Shown: positions 27,501 through 40,168, counted from the first letter of the stretch. The stretch is DNA of 64,000 nt from Gnetum montanum (GCA_015680685.1 MNCI01001919.1:900712-964711), one strand, 5' to 3'. The notes: a model not told the origin generated them from the sequence alone. Made by a program: numbers and translations.

Positions 27501-28375
27501 CATACATCTACAAAAGAACCATAAAGTGTATCATGTTCAACATGAACCCCACCAACCAAAGATTCGCTCAAAGATATTAGCCATAAAGAGATTTGACTAT
27601 GCCTCATCAAGGTACATCAATTGCAAGAAACATTGGCAAAAAACTGATCCAAGTAACTTTTACCCATCTTATATTATTATTAGAATGTAATGGATTCAGG
27701 TCATCATTAAGTTCCTTCTAGAAGGTTAGTAACCATGACGTAAGTTGATTTGGCCTTGTTTGAAAATTAGTATCCTAAATACCTTATCCCTATAAACTTG
27801 GCAATACTCATATTACCTAGGACCTATGTATTGTTAAATTTAAGGGATTCAACCTAGTCACAAGATTCTCTCATCCCTACTGAACCAATAAGGTTCATTG
27901 CTATGAGATTCATATAAAAATGAGTACTTAAGGGGTAATGTTGTGATGTCTTACTTATTATTAATACTTAGGACATAATCTTGATGTGAGAGAATAAGAT
28001 TATATCATACTCACCAAATCATAAGGTAAAATTATTATGTTTTGTGTTTAAGGATTGTAATATCATTTATAATTATCAAAGTCATCTAGAAGTCATTATT
28101 TCATCTATGTATCAGCCTAGAAATGTCAATTTGGCAGAATAAGCTATCTTGGTCCTTTAAAATCTTGGAAATTCAAATTAGTTTTCAGATCTTGAAAACA
28201 TATCCAACTCATAATACTCATCAAGATGATTTCAATAATACAAATTTCATTTTAATTAGACTTACAAATTTGAGATATTGATGTTTAAAGTTTTTCATTA
28301 TGCATGTTCAAATAAAATAATAATAAAAATTTAAAAAAACAAGAGTATGTATGTTCAAACCCCAAACTCAAAATG

Positions 28376-28401
28376 AACACACACACACACACACACACAC
28401 A
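28376..28401. repeat. (AC)n microsatellite
   Basis: About 12 AC units. Confidence 0.9.
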
Positions 28402-29533
28402 TAGCTATGCTAGCCTATGAGGATCATGCTAGCCTCTTATAGGTCCATGCAACCTTGAAAAGGACCATACTAGCCTGTAGAACTATGTAGCCCTACTTGA
28501 GGCCCATTGGAACCATAGCTACCTATCATTTTCATTACCGCATCCACCTATCAAGGAACCCTCACCTTGCACCTCCTACCAACCATGCACCACCTACCAT
28601 GGACTAACCACCAACACCATCATCAAAAATCCAATGAGAGAGGGAATCAAAGTTCACTCGCAGACACAATGGACAACCATTTTCCACCAAGAGATCATAC
28701 CACATCACATAGCATCATTTGAAAATGGGGACATTACAAAATTTTGAATTTTTTTGGTTGAAGTCTTGCATAGGAAATCCATAATAACCACCATCTTGGG
28801 CACCATGAACCCAAGAAACCATTGTCAATAAAAAGCCACGATGTCCTTCTCTAACACTTCATCATCCACGAACATCAAAACTACCACAAATATGCATAAC
28901 ATCTCATCCTAGTGCAAGTTGGGGTGCATGATGATAATTCCCTTGATGATGGCAAGGTGTCAGTATAGCACAAACTTCATCTTGATATTGTTAATATTCT
29001 CACCATTGGATATGATGATGTCCTTGGCACAGTTCTTGATCTTGATGTCATCATCAATGTGCATGATGGTCATGTTGTCCATGCATAGCCACTTGTCGAT
29101 GAACACCCATGCCATTGCCTAGCAATTATGCATGTACCCCAACCTGAGGCTACCACCATGAAACATGACCTCACCATAGGTGCATCCATCCTAGGGAATT
29201 CTTGCCAGCATCATAGGGTTCTTCACATTCATCTCCATGAGGTTTAGCATGTGGATTCCCTACTATGCCTTTAGTTGTGCATGCTCCTTCATGTGGAGCA
29301 CATTCCAATAGTGCTTTCACATGCAGTAGAGGACTAGCTAGATCATCTCTGTAATGTTGTAGTCATGCATGACTGAGAAAACTGTTGCCTTTCTTGGAGC
29401 TGATCGCAACACCCACTATTATCGCCACCACCATTTCCTACACTACCACAATGATTGCACTACTGAAATTGTCCTTGATTTTTTCACCAATTTCATCAAA
29501 AATTTTGCCAAAAATATCATTAGTCTATGGTAT

Positions 29534-29920
29534 CCATGAGCACCATGGATATCATGGGCACCACAGAAGCCTACCTCCTATTGAGCACCATGTACACTAT
29601 GAAATGTTGCCTCCCATGGAGCACCATGGCTACTATGGACATAGTAGAATGTTTCCTTTTATGGAGCATTGTAGGCACTATGGAATGCTACCTTTCATGG
29701 AGCACAACAGGCACCACAAACATTGTGGAATCCTGCCTCTCATGAAGCTTTGTGAACATCATAAACACTATGGAATGCTACCTCCCATGGAGCTTTGCAG
29801 ATATTGTGGAATGCTAATTCCCATGGAGCTATTCAAACATCATGGATACCATGGAAGATTATCTTCCATGAAGCTCTACAGATACTGTGAAATGCTACCT
29901 TGAATAGAGCTTCATAGACA
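29534..29920 (+). repeat. Minisatellite of ~9-10 units of 36 or 45 bp (ATGGAGC...GGAATGCTACCTCCC)
   Basis: Units are directly visible and differ by a 9-bp sub-repeat; they read through as the His-rich ORF 29385-29903. Confidence 0.85.
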
Positions 29921-30075
29921 CCCCTAGCTAGCCATACCATCAACCATACAATGTTACATTAGTTAATGGAAAATTTGACAATACTAGAAAAATATATAGT
30001 AAAATTAAATTTAAAACATAAAGAAAATTTTACAAAAAAAAAAGAAATTGGAACCTTGACAATAAGTGAGATAAT

Positions 30076-30140
30076 AATTCCATAATTAAGCACATTCACT
30101 TTGGAGTAGTACTAGGATGGATGACCTCTTGAGAAGTCTC
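30076..30140 (+). other. 5S rRNA-derived segment (internal Pol III promoter: A box, IE, C box); not a full gene
   Basis: AATTCCATAATTAAGCAC...GGAGTAGTACTAGGATGGATGACCTCTTGAGAAGTC versus plant 5S AACTCCGCAGTTAAGCGT...GAGAGTAGTACTAGGATGGGTGACCTCCTGGGAAGTC. Confidence 0.8.
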
Positions 30141-31354
30141 ATTTTCTATGCCTAAGGTTTTCAACTCTAGAAGCCATAATTTTTTGATTCCAAAAGTCTT
30201 TTTTAGTAAACAATGAGTTGTTTTCTATAAATTTCAACCTCTTGAACATAATGATGAAGTTAGATCCACCTCATGGAACTTTGAAAATTAGTTCTTACTC
30301 CTTACCCAACATGGTGTCTCAAGATCTCCAAAAGCTCAATTTTACCATAACTCAGGCATATGATCATTTTTAACATTTTAATAATAATTTCTAAAATTTT
30401 TTAGCCTTCTAGACTCAATATTGAGGTTAAATTTATCATCTAGGTATGTGATAAATCAATGATACCCTAAATCATGTGTTAAGAGGCCATAACATAGACT
30501 AGCTAATTATGCCTACTAATTTAATTATTGAGTCTTACAAATTTAACCTCTTAAACCTTAAGATTAAGTATTTAACCTATGTAGATAGATAGTCTTAGCT
30601 TTCTAAACCTCTATTTTTTCATTAGTTACACTGTTGGAGTTAGTGTCTTAAGGAGAATAGAAAGGCTATTAAGAATTAGATAATTGATGAGATGCGATAT
30701 CGCATACGCAATATCGCATCATCCCCTATGATGTCGTGTACGTGATATCGCGGTCCGCTGCCAAATCTATAAATAATAGGTGGCACTCCCCTCATTTCTC
30801 ATCCTAGGCTTAAAGTAGGGAAACTCTGGCAGTTTGATCACTCCAGAGATAGAATATTTTCCATGTGCCCACAGTAGGAGTCCCCAAGTGAACGAATCTT
30901 TCTTCGAGCAGCTTTGTACCTGAACGCAAGTTGTGTACGGCAATAAAGACGAGCTTTGTGGATAAACCTTGCAGTNNNNNNNNNNNNNNNNNNNNNNNNN
31001 NNNNNNNNNNNNNNNNNNNNNNNNNNNNNNNNNNNNNNNNNNNNNNNNNNNNNNNNNNNNNNNNNNNATGCTAGTTAATTTATACTTAGGTCCTTAGTTA
31101 GAGTTAGTTAGCTTTCTCAACCCTTCACCTCATAGCATAGGAGATAAAACCAGAAAAGACCAAAAAAATCATATACCTCGAACTTACTTAACCATACACC
31201 ATGACAACAACAAGTAAGTCTGGGAAGACAATGAATGATTAACCCCAAGTGTTCCATGGGGCGTTTAGGCATTTAGTCTGTGGAGTTCAATCGAATCGCA
31301 CATGCTATGCTCGTTTCATATGGTTGAGTGTAGGGGTACCTCGCCACTCATCAT

Positions 31355-31372
31355 TGGCACCGTTGCCAAGGA
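31355..31372 (+). promoter_or_regulatory. Primer-binding site, tRNA-Asp type
   Basis: TGGCACCGTTGCCAAGGA versus the Athila-type TGGCGCCGTTGCCGGGGA (G>A changes only). Confidence 0.85.
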
Positions 31373-31495
31373 CTAAGTGTTTGTACATCAAATAGAACAT
31401 AAGGGATATCACTCACATCGTTGTGAGCCTTAACGAACCTTCGAGTTAATCAAGATAACAACATTATATAACGGTGAATTAGCATACCGATAAAA

Positions 31496-33993
31496 ATGCC
31501 TTCTTCTCATAAGAGCAACTCACCACCTAAGGACCACACACGAGACAGTCGGCAACATAAAACACATAGCCAAAATTAACTAAGTCCTCAGCAATATAGG
31601 GTGACATATACTCATCCCGATGAGTATGTGCCTGATCTTACCTTTATTCTCCATCAAGATGAACAGATGCACTAGAGAGATTTGTTTGGAAACATAGTGT
31701 TACCTCCAGATCGTGTTGTCCCTAACATGCTTCTCCATGCTTTGGCACAGACTGGCATGACAGAACTTTATGCCAAATACATTGCGGCAGACTCTGACAT
31801 GAGGGATTATCATCCTACATATTTACAATGTATGAGGGACGTAAGGCAGGAGAGCCAACAAACATTGTCAAAGGGCAAGGCCCCGCACGTCCTTAGTGAA
31901 ATAGGAGACGAGGAACCCTTTATCATAGGTTTTTTAGCAAAATATGTTCCCCCTCCTAACGATGGTGAGGAGGTTGAGTATCAGAACCTATGATCAATGA
32001 TACATATCCCTGGTTCTGATACCCATGAACACCAACTGTTCATAGAGGGAACAACCACTCACGCTAAGGACAGGCACTTAGATCATCACCACAATTGGGG
32101 CCGTAGTAGCCGAAGAGAAGGCAAGAAACATCATCATGACAATGGTTCCCCTTCTTCTTCCCCTTCTTCACATCACTCATTCTCTCCTTCAACATCTGGG
32201 CATAGCCACCATGAACATAAATGTGAGGATAAAAGTAAGAAGGATGAAAGACCTCGATGGGAAAGTCGAGAGAGAGGATAAGGGCAAGGACATAGGGAGA
32301 GTAGGGAACAATGCAGACATCACAGGCGTCATGAAAGAGATGATCATGACAAGCCCCTACTCACAACTTGAAGTATTCTTGACATAATGGAGGTACTTAG
32401 GATTCCCACAAGGCATTTAAAGGATAACCGGATCAAGCGTTTAGACATGAATAATATCCCACTGTTTGAAAGGGGATACAATGCTGATCTGCAAAATCAT
32501 TTACAGGCATTCCACGATGCCTGTGCCTTGCAGAATATAGAGCATGAGTGGCAAAAACTTAAGTTGTTTCCAAGGACACTCACTAAGGAAGCAAAGAGCT
32601 AGTACTGTTCCTTAGAACTGGAAACCATCAGGAGGTGGAGTACGATGCTAGAACTGTTCAACGAAAGTATTAAATGTACTCCAGAGTGTCCAATTTGCGT
32701 AAGTAGATCCAAGGTTGGAAGCAAGGTACACATGAACCCTTGGATGCTGTCATGGCCCACTACTACACATTGTTACATCATTTCCTGGGCCATGGGTATG
32801 CTCAGCGGGATCAACTTCGCCACATCGTGGATGGGCTAAGGCATGAAACTAGAAGAACCCTTAGAACTTATGCCCAAGGGAGACTCTCACAACTTAGAGC
32901 CCATAAAGTTCATAGCTTGTTGGAGCAAGTAAAAAATGAAGAGGGTGAGCTATGAAAAAGAGAAAGTGTGGAAGAATACAACCGTGATCCCTCCCTTCGA
33001 AAGAAGGAAGTGAAATTTTGTGATGAAGAGGATGAGTCACCACTTGAAGAGTTGGTGAACAGAAAAACCTTGTCGATCCAAAAATTAACAACAGAATTAG
33101 TGGCTAAGGTAGACGATGTATGGAGTTCCTTAGACTCTAAAATTGAAACTGTCTTAAAAATTGTAGAAGAGTCTAAGGTAGAATAAAGTAGTGACAAAGG
33201 TAAGAAAAAGTGGAGAGATTTAGGTCCTGCACATAACAAGGGTAAGGGAAAAATCACTAACTCCGATGTGGCTAAGGATTCTAATTCAGACGATGACGAT
33301 GGATGTGAGATCTACCATTATGACCATCCTAAGGGATGTTGCCCCATCATCTCACAGCTACAAGAGTCTGGGGTGTATGTGCTTAGTCCAAGACTCAACC
33401 AACGGCAAACACCCTGAAGGTTACCTTATCCACAAGGTAACTCAAGGCAGTTCCAGCAACCCTTAACATATTATCCAAGTGGAACTCCACCATAGCCCAT
33501 CGGACAACATCAGCAGTGGCAATACCCATAGTCATGGGGGATGCCACCGCCAACACAATAATACCCTTACTGGCAGCCTGATCCATATGGTTTTTATGTG
33601 CAGCAGCCGATTTCTCCAAGTGACTCTATGAGTCACACAACCTTCAACCATTACTACCAAGCTCGGGAGTACTTCAGAAGGACTCCTTCTCCTCCGGGGG
33701 ATACTCCATACCCACACCATCCTCCTAATCCATCCACACCTCTTCCACCACAAGTAGTTCCCATAACACCTCCTTCTCCAACAATGCAAGGGGAACTTCC
33801 TCCTCAACCGCAGCAATGTCACATTGTGAGAGCTATAAATATCCAACCTGCTGCTAGTTCTGACAACTGTAAAAAGAGAAGACCTTACTTCAGAACCAAA
33901 AGCCCAAATAAACTCTCGCAACAACAAGCGGTTAAGGCCATGTACACTCCTCCACCATCTAACACTTTGGAGCACCCTTCCGTCCAAAATTAG
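31496..33993 (+). pseudogene. gag: gag of copy E (His/Ser- and Arg/Lys-rich N-terminal extension, retrotransposon gag domain, C-x2-(C/Y)-x3-H-x4-C knuckle, Pro-rich tail)
   Basis: IPLFERGYNADLQNHLQAFHDAC..LKLFPRTLTKEAKS*Y..; CEIYHYDHPKGCCP. Several premature stops and at least one frameshift. Confidence 0.8.
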
Positions 33994-34005
33994 AGCTTAA
34001 CGCAT

Positions 34006-34830
34006 ATGGTTATGTTAACACAAACTGTAACTAACTGGATCAAGGTGGGCCACCTTCCCAGAAAACTAACTGACCCTGGGAGTCCCTTAATCTATTTGCA
34101 GATCGCCAGAAATAAACCACATAGCGCTCTTCTTGACTCAGGTTCCAGAGTCAACTTAATTTCACGAGAGATGTATCACGCCTGGAACCTGCCCCAACTT
34201 AAGAAGAGCAACATCCAACTAGAGCTGGTAGACGAGTCCATGACCATTCCCTTGGGATTAGTGGAGGACGTCATTACCATTGTGTGTGGTTGGTCTTACC
34301 CAGCTAATTTCCTAGTGATTGAAGTTAACAATAATGAAGGCGACTTCCCAATTATAATGGGAAGGGCATGGCTAAGTACAGTAGACGCATGCCTTAGGAT
34401 CCGCGATCTTTCCTTGGAAATCTCTAAGATAAACATTTGTGGAAAGATCGAGAAGAGGAAAGTTCCATGCATCACATACAGTGATTCATCGGGTGATGAC
34501 ATGGAGGAAATGCCTCCATGTAATAGGTGTGCCCTTGAAACTTTGAAACAAAGATGCCTGTATGTAGCAACCACACAACCAGTAGTAGACACCCCGTGGT
34601 TGACAGCTACTTGAAGGAGCAACCAAATATGCATGGAACGAACTAAGGAAACCCATGCCCATAACGAAGGCATAGACACATTGAAATATGAGCGTCGCCA
34701 ACTTCCACCCCTCAACCTAAGAACATCAGTTGGGAGAAGTTGGGCACTTCTACGAAATTCAAACAAACGCTCATTATTTCGGATCTCTCCCTTACAACTC
34801 AGTCATGGGGGAGATGGCCACCTATGCTAA
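34006..34830 (+). pseudogene. Retroviral-type aspartic protease of copy E; pol truncated before RT
   Basis: PRKLTDPGSPLI..ALLDSGSRVNLIS..PLGLVEDV..YPANFLVI..PIIMGRAWL, a typical Athila protease. No RT motifs follow. Confidence 0.88.
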
Positions 34831-34857
34831 TCATATGGGGCCCTCAGTTCTTTTAAG

Positions 34858-35021
34858 TTTTTGTTTTACATGTTTTTGTTTTACAACGTTTTTGTTTTAC
34901 ACATTTTTGTTTTACAAATTTCTTTAACTTTTCTACTTTTTGTTTTACAAATTTCTTTAACTTTTCTCATTTTTGTTTTACATCATCGTTATACTTTTTC
35001 AATTTTGTGTGTGTGTGTGTG
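34858..35021. repeat. TTTTGTTTTACA-type short tandem repeats and a (GT)n tract after pol
   Basis: About six TTTTGTTTTAC units followed by (TG)8. Confidence 0.75.
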
Positions 35022-38000
35022 ATCCACCCTGTAAGTTTGTCCCATAATAAGCGTTCTTCATGATGGTATGAACTGTTTTCATATTGATTGCTAATGTTTG
35101 GTTTTTACCTTTAAGTCACAATGTTGATACTAAGGTATGTTTCTTTTGATATGGCAGGCAATGAGACCACTTCATCCATCCATCCACCAATTTCTATGGT
35201 TTCTCTCGGCTTGGAAATGTACAGTCCCTTTCTAATAAGAACTTTAACGAATCGGTGACTGGGGATTTCTCAAACTAAGGAAGGACTCATGGATTGAAAA
35301 GGGTGTGACTTCAAGGGAACTCGATGCTTTTGTGTTGGTCATTCTCTTGGGTGCTTGAATGTTTCTTCTTGAGTTTTCTTGTCGTTCCGATGTTACCCAC
35401 TTATTGGAAGCTAAGACAATAAAAATAAGAAGTCTTTGCATGGTGTGGTTCTCACGCATAAAAACATAAAACACAAAAAAAAAACCAAGTGAGAATTCAA
35501 AGCACACCCCTTAGACAAATAAACTTGGGCTACAAGCACTAGTTATGGAACCAAAAGTGTTCCCTCTAACTAAGGCCCTTCTCACCTCCCATTCTCTCCT
35601 TTGTTTCATCAGAATGGTGGTGGCTCTTGTAGAGTGCATTCTTGTTGCCCAAGTGGATGGTTTAACCGAATGTGTTGATGCAAAGTCACTGGATGTGCTT
35701 GGTTTGAGGCTGGAGTTGGAATGAGATTTGCCAAGTCACATTAATCATCAAACACACAAGGGGCTGTACACCACCTTGTTCTTGGGATTCCATTCCATTT
35801 CTCTTCTTTCCATCCTTCTCTCCATTGTTCACCTCATTGCCAATTGTATCATTAGTGTATATATTTTGGTTGATGCATTGTTTTCTTTTGGTAAATTCTT
35901 GTGGTTACGACTTTAACTCTTGTTCCAAAGGACATTCCCAGAGCCTACAGACTCTTTGAATGTGGGTTTGTCAGGGCATTACGGGCATTAGCCTGCTTTG
36001 GGGAGGACCCACTAGCATTCCTATTTGGAACTTTAGTTAAATTCTTTCCCTTAACATTTTGTAATTAATTTTATTTTGTTCATTTCCATCTTGACATCCA
36101 TTTCATCGATGCCATAGTTGTCCCTTTTTATCTATCTTTCTTATTCCTTTTCTTTCTCCATTCTAACGCTACCGGAGGTTCATGATTAGTCATGGGGGTA
36201 TGGGGCCTAATTTTTTTGATTTTCTCCTAGCCCCGAAATTTTTGATTTTCTTCCTAACCCCTACACCTTCGGTAGTCATCAGTAACATATTCCTAGATCC
36301 ATATCAGCCATACCACAACCTAGCCAATGAGTTTACACCAAAGCAAGTTATCAATTACATGATGATTTAATTACCCTTGCTAATATACGATTGTGTTGTG
36401 TGTGCAGATGGTGGACATGCAAACAACGGATTGGATTTGGAGCAAACAATTGGGATGGAGTAGCGTTGAAGTAGCTATGCAAGGAGCAAGATCGATGGCA
36501 TGCTTACGAATGGACAACAAAGGCGCAATCTTGGTGTTGGCAGTAGCAACACTTCTTTCTTTCTCTCTCTTTCTCAATTTCCAACAAAGGCCTGATGTCA
36601 TTGTAATAAGATGTTCACCCTTGTTTTCATGAACACCAGTTTTGTCAATTCTTGTAATAATGATCCATTCACATGTCATCCCATTAGTTCCATTCCCCTC
36701 AATAATTCCATACCTACCTAATATTATTGTAAGGAACTCAAGGAAGAGTTTTCATTTAGTCATGGGGGTATGATGAGATGCGATATCGCGTACGTGATAT
36801 CACGTCGTCCCCTACGATGTTGCGTACATGATATCGCGGTCCGCCGCCAAATCTATAAATAATATGTGGCACTCCCCTCATTTCTCATCCTATGCTTAAA
36901 GTAGGGAAACTCTGGCAATTTGATCACTCCAAAGATAGAATATTTTCCATGTGCCCACAGTAGGAGTCCCCAAGTGAACAGATCTTTATTCGAGCAGCTT
37001 TGTACCTGAACGCAAGTTGTGTACAGCAATAAAGACAAGCTTTGTGGATAAACCTTGCAGTGCATGGAATAGGATTTATTACATGTTATTTATTGTTTTC
37101 CTAGTAACTCGGCATGAGTATGACTTGGTTATGAGCATTGACGAATGTGTATGGCTAACCAAGGAATTGGCTACTCATCGCGATTAGATTCTCTCACCCT
37201 TGTCTCCTAGAATGCGTGATGAGTACAACTTGATTACGAGCATCTATGGATGTGTACAGCTTCAGTATGACCACTTCGAGCACATGTGTTACGTGTGGTG
37301 ATCCCAGTAATGATTAGCATTTGGTAGCCACAATTGCATAGTTCAGGGTGTGTATGGTAAGTGGGAACGGATGCTAACACTAGTTAATTTAGACTTAGGT
37401 CCTTAGTTAGAGTTAGTTAGCTTTCTCAACCCTTCACCTCATAACATAGGAGATAAAACCAGAAAAGACCAAAAAATTCATATACCTTGGACTTACTTAA
37501 CCATACACTGTGACAACAACAAGTAAGTCTGGGAAGACAACGAATGATTAACCCCAAGTGTTCCATGGGGCGTTTAGGCATTTAGTCTACGGAGTTTGAC
37601 CGGATCGCACATGCTACGCTCGTTTCGTATGGTTGAGTGTAGGGGTACCTCACCACTCATTAATAATGTAGTTAAATATTATCAAAATCAATTGATGAAT
37701 CAATTGTTGAACCAGAACAGTCAAGCATATGTATATCAATTTTTCCTACAACCAAATCATATAGCATAACAACATGGAGATTCATAATCTCATTTTGACA
37801 AGGTGTATGATACCCATGAAGAGAAATGACCTAGGAGAGAATCTAAGAATGAGAATGAAAGTGGCAACATATAATGTATTGGCAAGATTTGTAGCTAGTA
37901 AGAGATAACATCCACTATGTCCACCATGGGCCTTGGACTAGCATGAGTGTTAATATCCATGCATCTTAGCATAGTTACAAGAATTGAATGTTGATGTCTT

Positions 38001-40168
38001 GTGGCTACAAGTCTTACCATGGAAATTCCTATATCAATTCCCACTAAACTTTGGAAAGATAGGATACAAAGGTATTTACAAGCAAGAAGGTTCTTGTGGA
38101 AGTTCTTCTTTTGAGCCACACAAATTAGCCTATTATAGGAATTACAACATGGATGATTAAATAAGACTTTATAAAGAAGCCAAGTTTTAATTAGTAGAAA
38201 TATTTAAATGAAGTTTAGAAGATATGATTTTTAAACCCTAGAACTTCAAATCATGGAAAAGAAAGACTTGTCATGGATCCAAATAAGCCACATTACTTTG
38301 GAAATGGTACTAAAAATCAAGTTATTAGGAAGATGTGTATGTGTGGTTAATACACATTTAATTACAAAATCAACATGTTTATGTGTCAAATTATACCAAG
38401 GAACATACTTGATTAAGAAAATAGAGAAAAGTTTGAAGAATAAGTTTTTTCTAAGATATACCGATCTAGTGCCAATTGTCCTTTATGAAGACTTCAATGC
38501 AAAATTCATAAGTAGTGAAAATTAATTCTTAAAAAATGGATACGTAAAGAAATCCTTGGAAGAGAAACCCAATTTGAAAAGGATGTTCCCATCAATCCAA
38601 CATGAAATTCCATTGGCTAGTGCATATTCTGCTTCAAATCTTCAATAGATAAATTAGATTCTAGAATTCAAAAAAAAAATGATGTTGATGAATAGTACTC
38701 ATCAAGAACCACAATTTAGTAATTACTTTCCCATGATTAATAAAAATGAGTCAACAAAATTTTTCATTGAGAATCTAGATTATATTTGGTATGATGTCTG
38801 ATTCTTCCAAGTTGCCAAGTTACTCGAGTTAATTTTTGAAGAAGAAGTTGGAAGAAGCACGATCAAGCCCTTCCATCCCAAACAAGACCATCTAATCATA
38901 TACCACTTATGGTAGAACTATAGTTACTTCCATTGATTCCCAAGGTTGATCAAGATTAGGAAGTATCTTAACCTTACTTTTATTTTATGATTTTATAATT
39001 TTGTTTATTATTTATATTTTCATTTAGATAAGTAAAATTTTTACAATAATGCAAGTTGAGAATAAGGATTTGCCCTACATTCAATTTGATAACTAGATAT
39101 AAGTTGCACTTTGTATGACCTTGGTTAGGACTAGTGATTGGTGGTTGGTGGATCCCTAATTTAACTCTTACCATTACCTTAGAAAATAAGTATTGATAAA
39201 GTAATATCCAAATTCCTATATATTTTTCTTATATATATTTCATTTACAAAATAAGAAAGAAAAAACTTCAAGTTCAAAGGAGAAATCAAATTATTGAAGC
39301 ATAGAATCCTAAAACAAGCATTGAAGCTATGAAAAAATAGTGAACATGGACTTTTTTGAGGGTGAATGAAACCTAAGGAGGATAGGTTGTAATGTCCCCA
39401 TTTACAAATGGTGTTGTTTCATAATGAAGATAGAGCCTCTTCATAATAAGTATTATCATTATTGTAATAAGACATAAAAAAAGAGTTGTAATTAAGACTT
39501 GAAAAGGGCATGTTGTAATAAGGAACTTGTATCTTGAGGCGATCTTTGAGGTTGTAACCTAAGGCATTTATACCCAAGCATTAGAGGTCATATCAGCATG
39601 GAGTTATGAAGTTGGTAAAGGTGAGTAATGGGTGCTAAGTGAAGTGACACAGAAAAATGACTAGCCATCTCTTTTGATTAATTATAGGCCTAATCATGGT
39701 GGTAGCATTGGATTGTCTCTAAGGAATAGATGCTAAAGGAATAAAGCCCCAAGAAACACTCAAAGCATGATCCAAATATACTATTCTACATCAATAAAGC
39801 ATTCTTTTATTTTTCCTTCTACATTTTACCCAATAATTTTCTTTATGCATAATTTTGAATGTTATATATATTTTATGTTTGTTATGTTATCTTCTTATGA
39901 ATAATATTTAATATAACATATAGTTGATGTTTGCCATGACATTTGGGAATGGGATGTCATAGTTATTAAGATAAAGCTTAAGGCATAAGAATAATCTTTG
40001 CTAGAAATTTAAGGGATTATGTGGATCTCTTGAGGGAGAATATAATAATGCATTGGATTGATCTAGAGACTCATTTCTTTACTTAAGGGTTAGTTTTACT
40101 AAAGCCTTATAAAGGTTATGGTATTCTTGAAATCATATTTTAAGAGTGATAAAATTCTTTAAAGTCAA

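Larger units (their letters stand above)
30685..37662 (+). mobile_element. Copy E: full-length non-autonomous Athila-like element (gag+protease, no RT/RH/INT); LTRs 30685-31353 (gapped) and 36771-37662
   Basis: Highly similar LTRs TGATGAG...CTCAT(C/T)A; perfect TSD ATAAT (30680-84 and 37663-67); PBS; PPT AGTCATGGGGGTA at 36758-36770. Confidence 0.93.
26794..39961 (+). mobile_element. Element D: LTR retrotransposon with ~570-bp LTRs (26794-27364, 39388-39961), tRNA-Met PBS, no recognisable pol
   Basis: Paired LTRs TGTAATGT-CCCATTT...GGGATGTCA(C/T)A; PBS TGGTATCAAAG at 27367; purine tract before 39388; 5-bp TSD ATTAT/GTTAT; gag-like remnants ~37800-38900. Confidence 0.75.
24564..40165 (+). mobile_element. 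Remnant of a SIRE-like Copia (3' region and 3' LTR starting ~26087), split by element D and truncated by copy F
   Basis: GAACATCACCAAAAAGAAGAAGAT-TGTTG matches the PPT/LTR junction of the Copia at 49964. The LTR resumes at 39967; AAAGGTTATGGTATTCTTGAAATCATATTTT resembles the Copia LTR at ~49090-49125. Confidence 0.55.

Noticed and set aside
30076-30140. Functional 5S rRNA gene
   Set aside because: The 5' ~40 nt are missing, there are multiple substitutions, and there is no tandem array.
33531-33541. Fourth PPT-like GTCATGGGGG inside gag of copy E
   Set aside because: It lies in coding sequence (SWG), and the homologous positions in F and G are only partly similar; probably coincidental.
33991-33993. 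In-frame TAG between gag and protease as a programmed read-through site
   Set aside because: Copy F reads through the homologous region (MDQNLTTVMITQ), and CAG>TAG changes are pervasive; most likely a point mutation.
32910-34766. Minus-strand ORFs of 115-156 aa as antisense genes
   Set aside because: They are shadows of the gag/protease frame with no recognisable motifs.
40031-40168. TGAGGGAG at 40031 as the start of the copy F LTR
   Set aside because: This stretch resembles the SIRE LTR; the family-typical TGATG start is at 40169.
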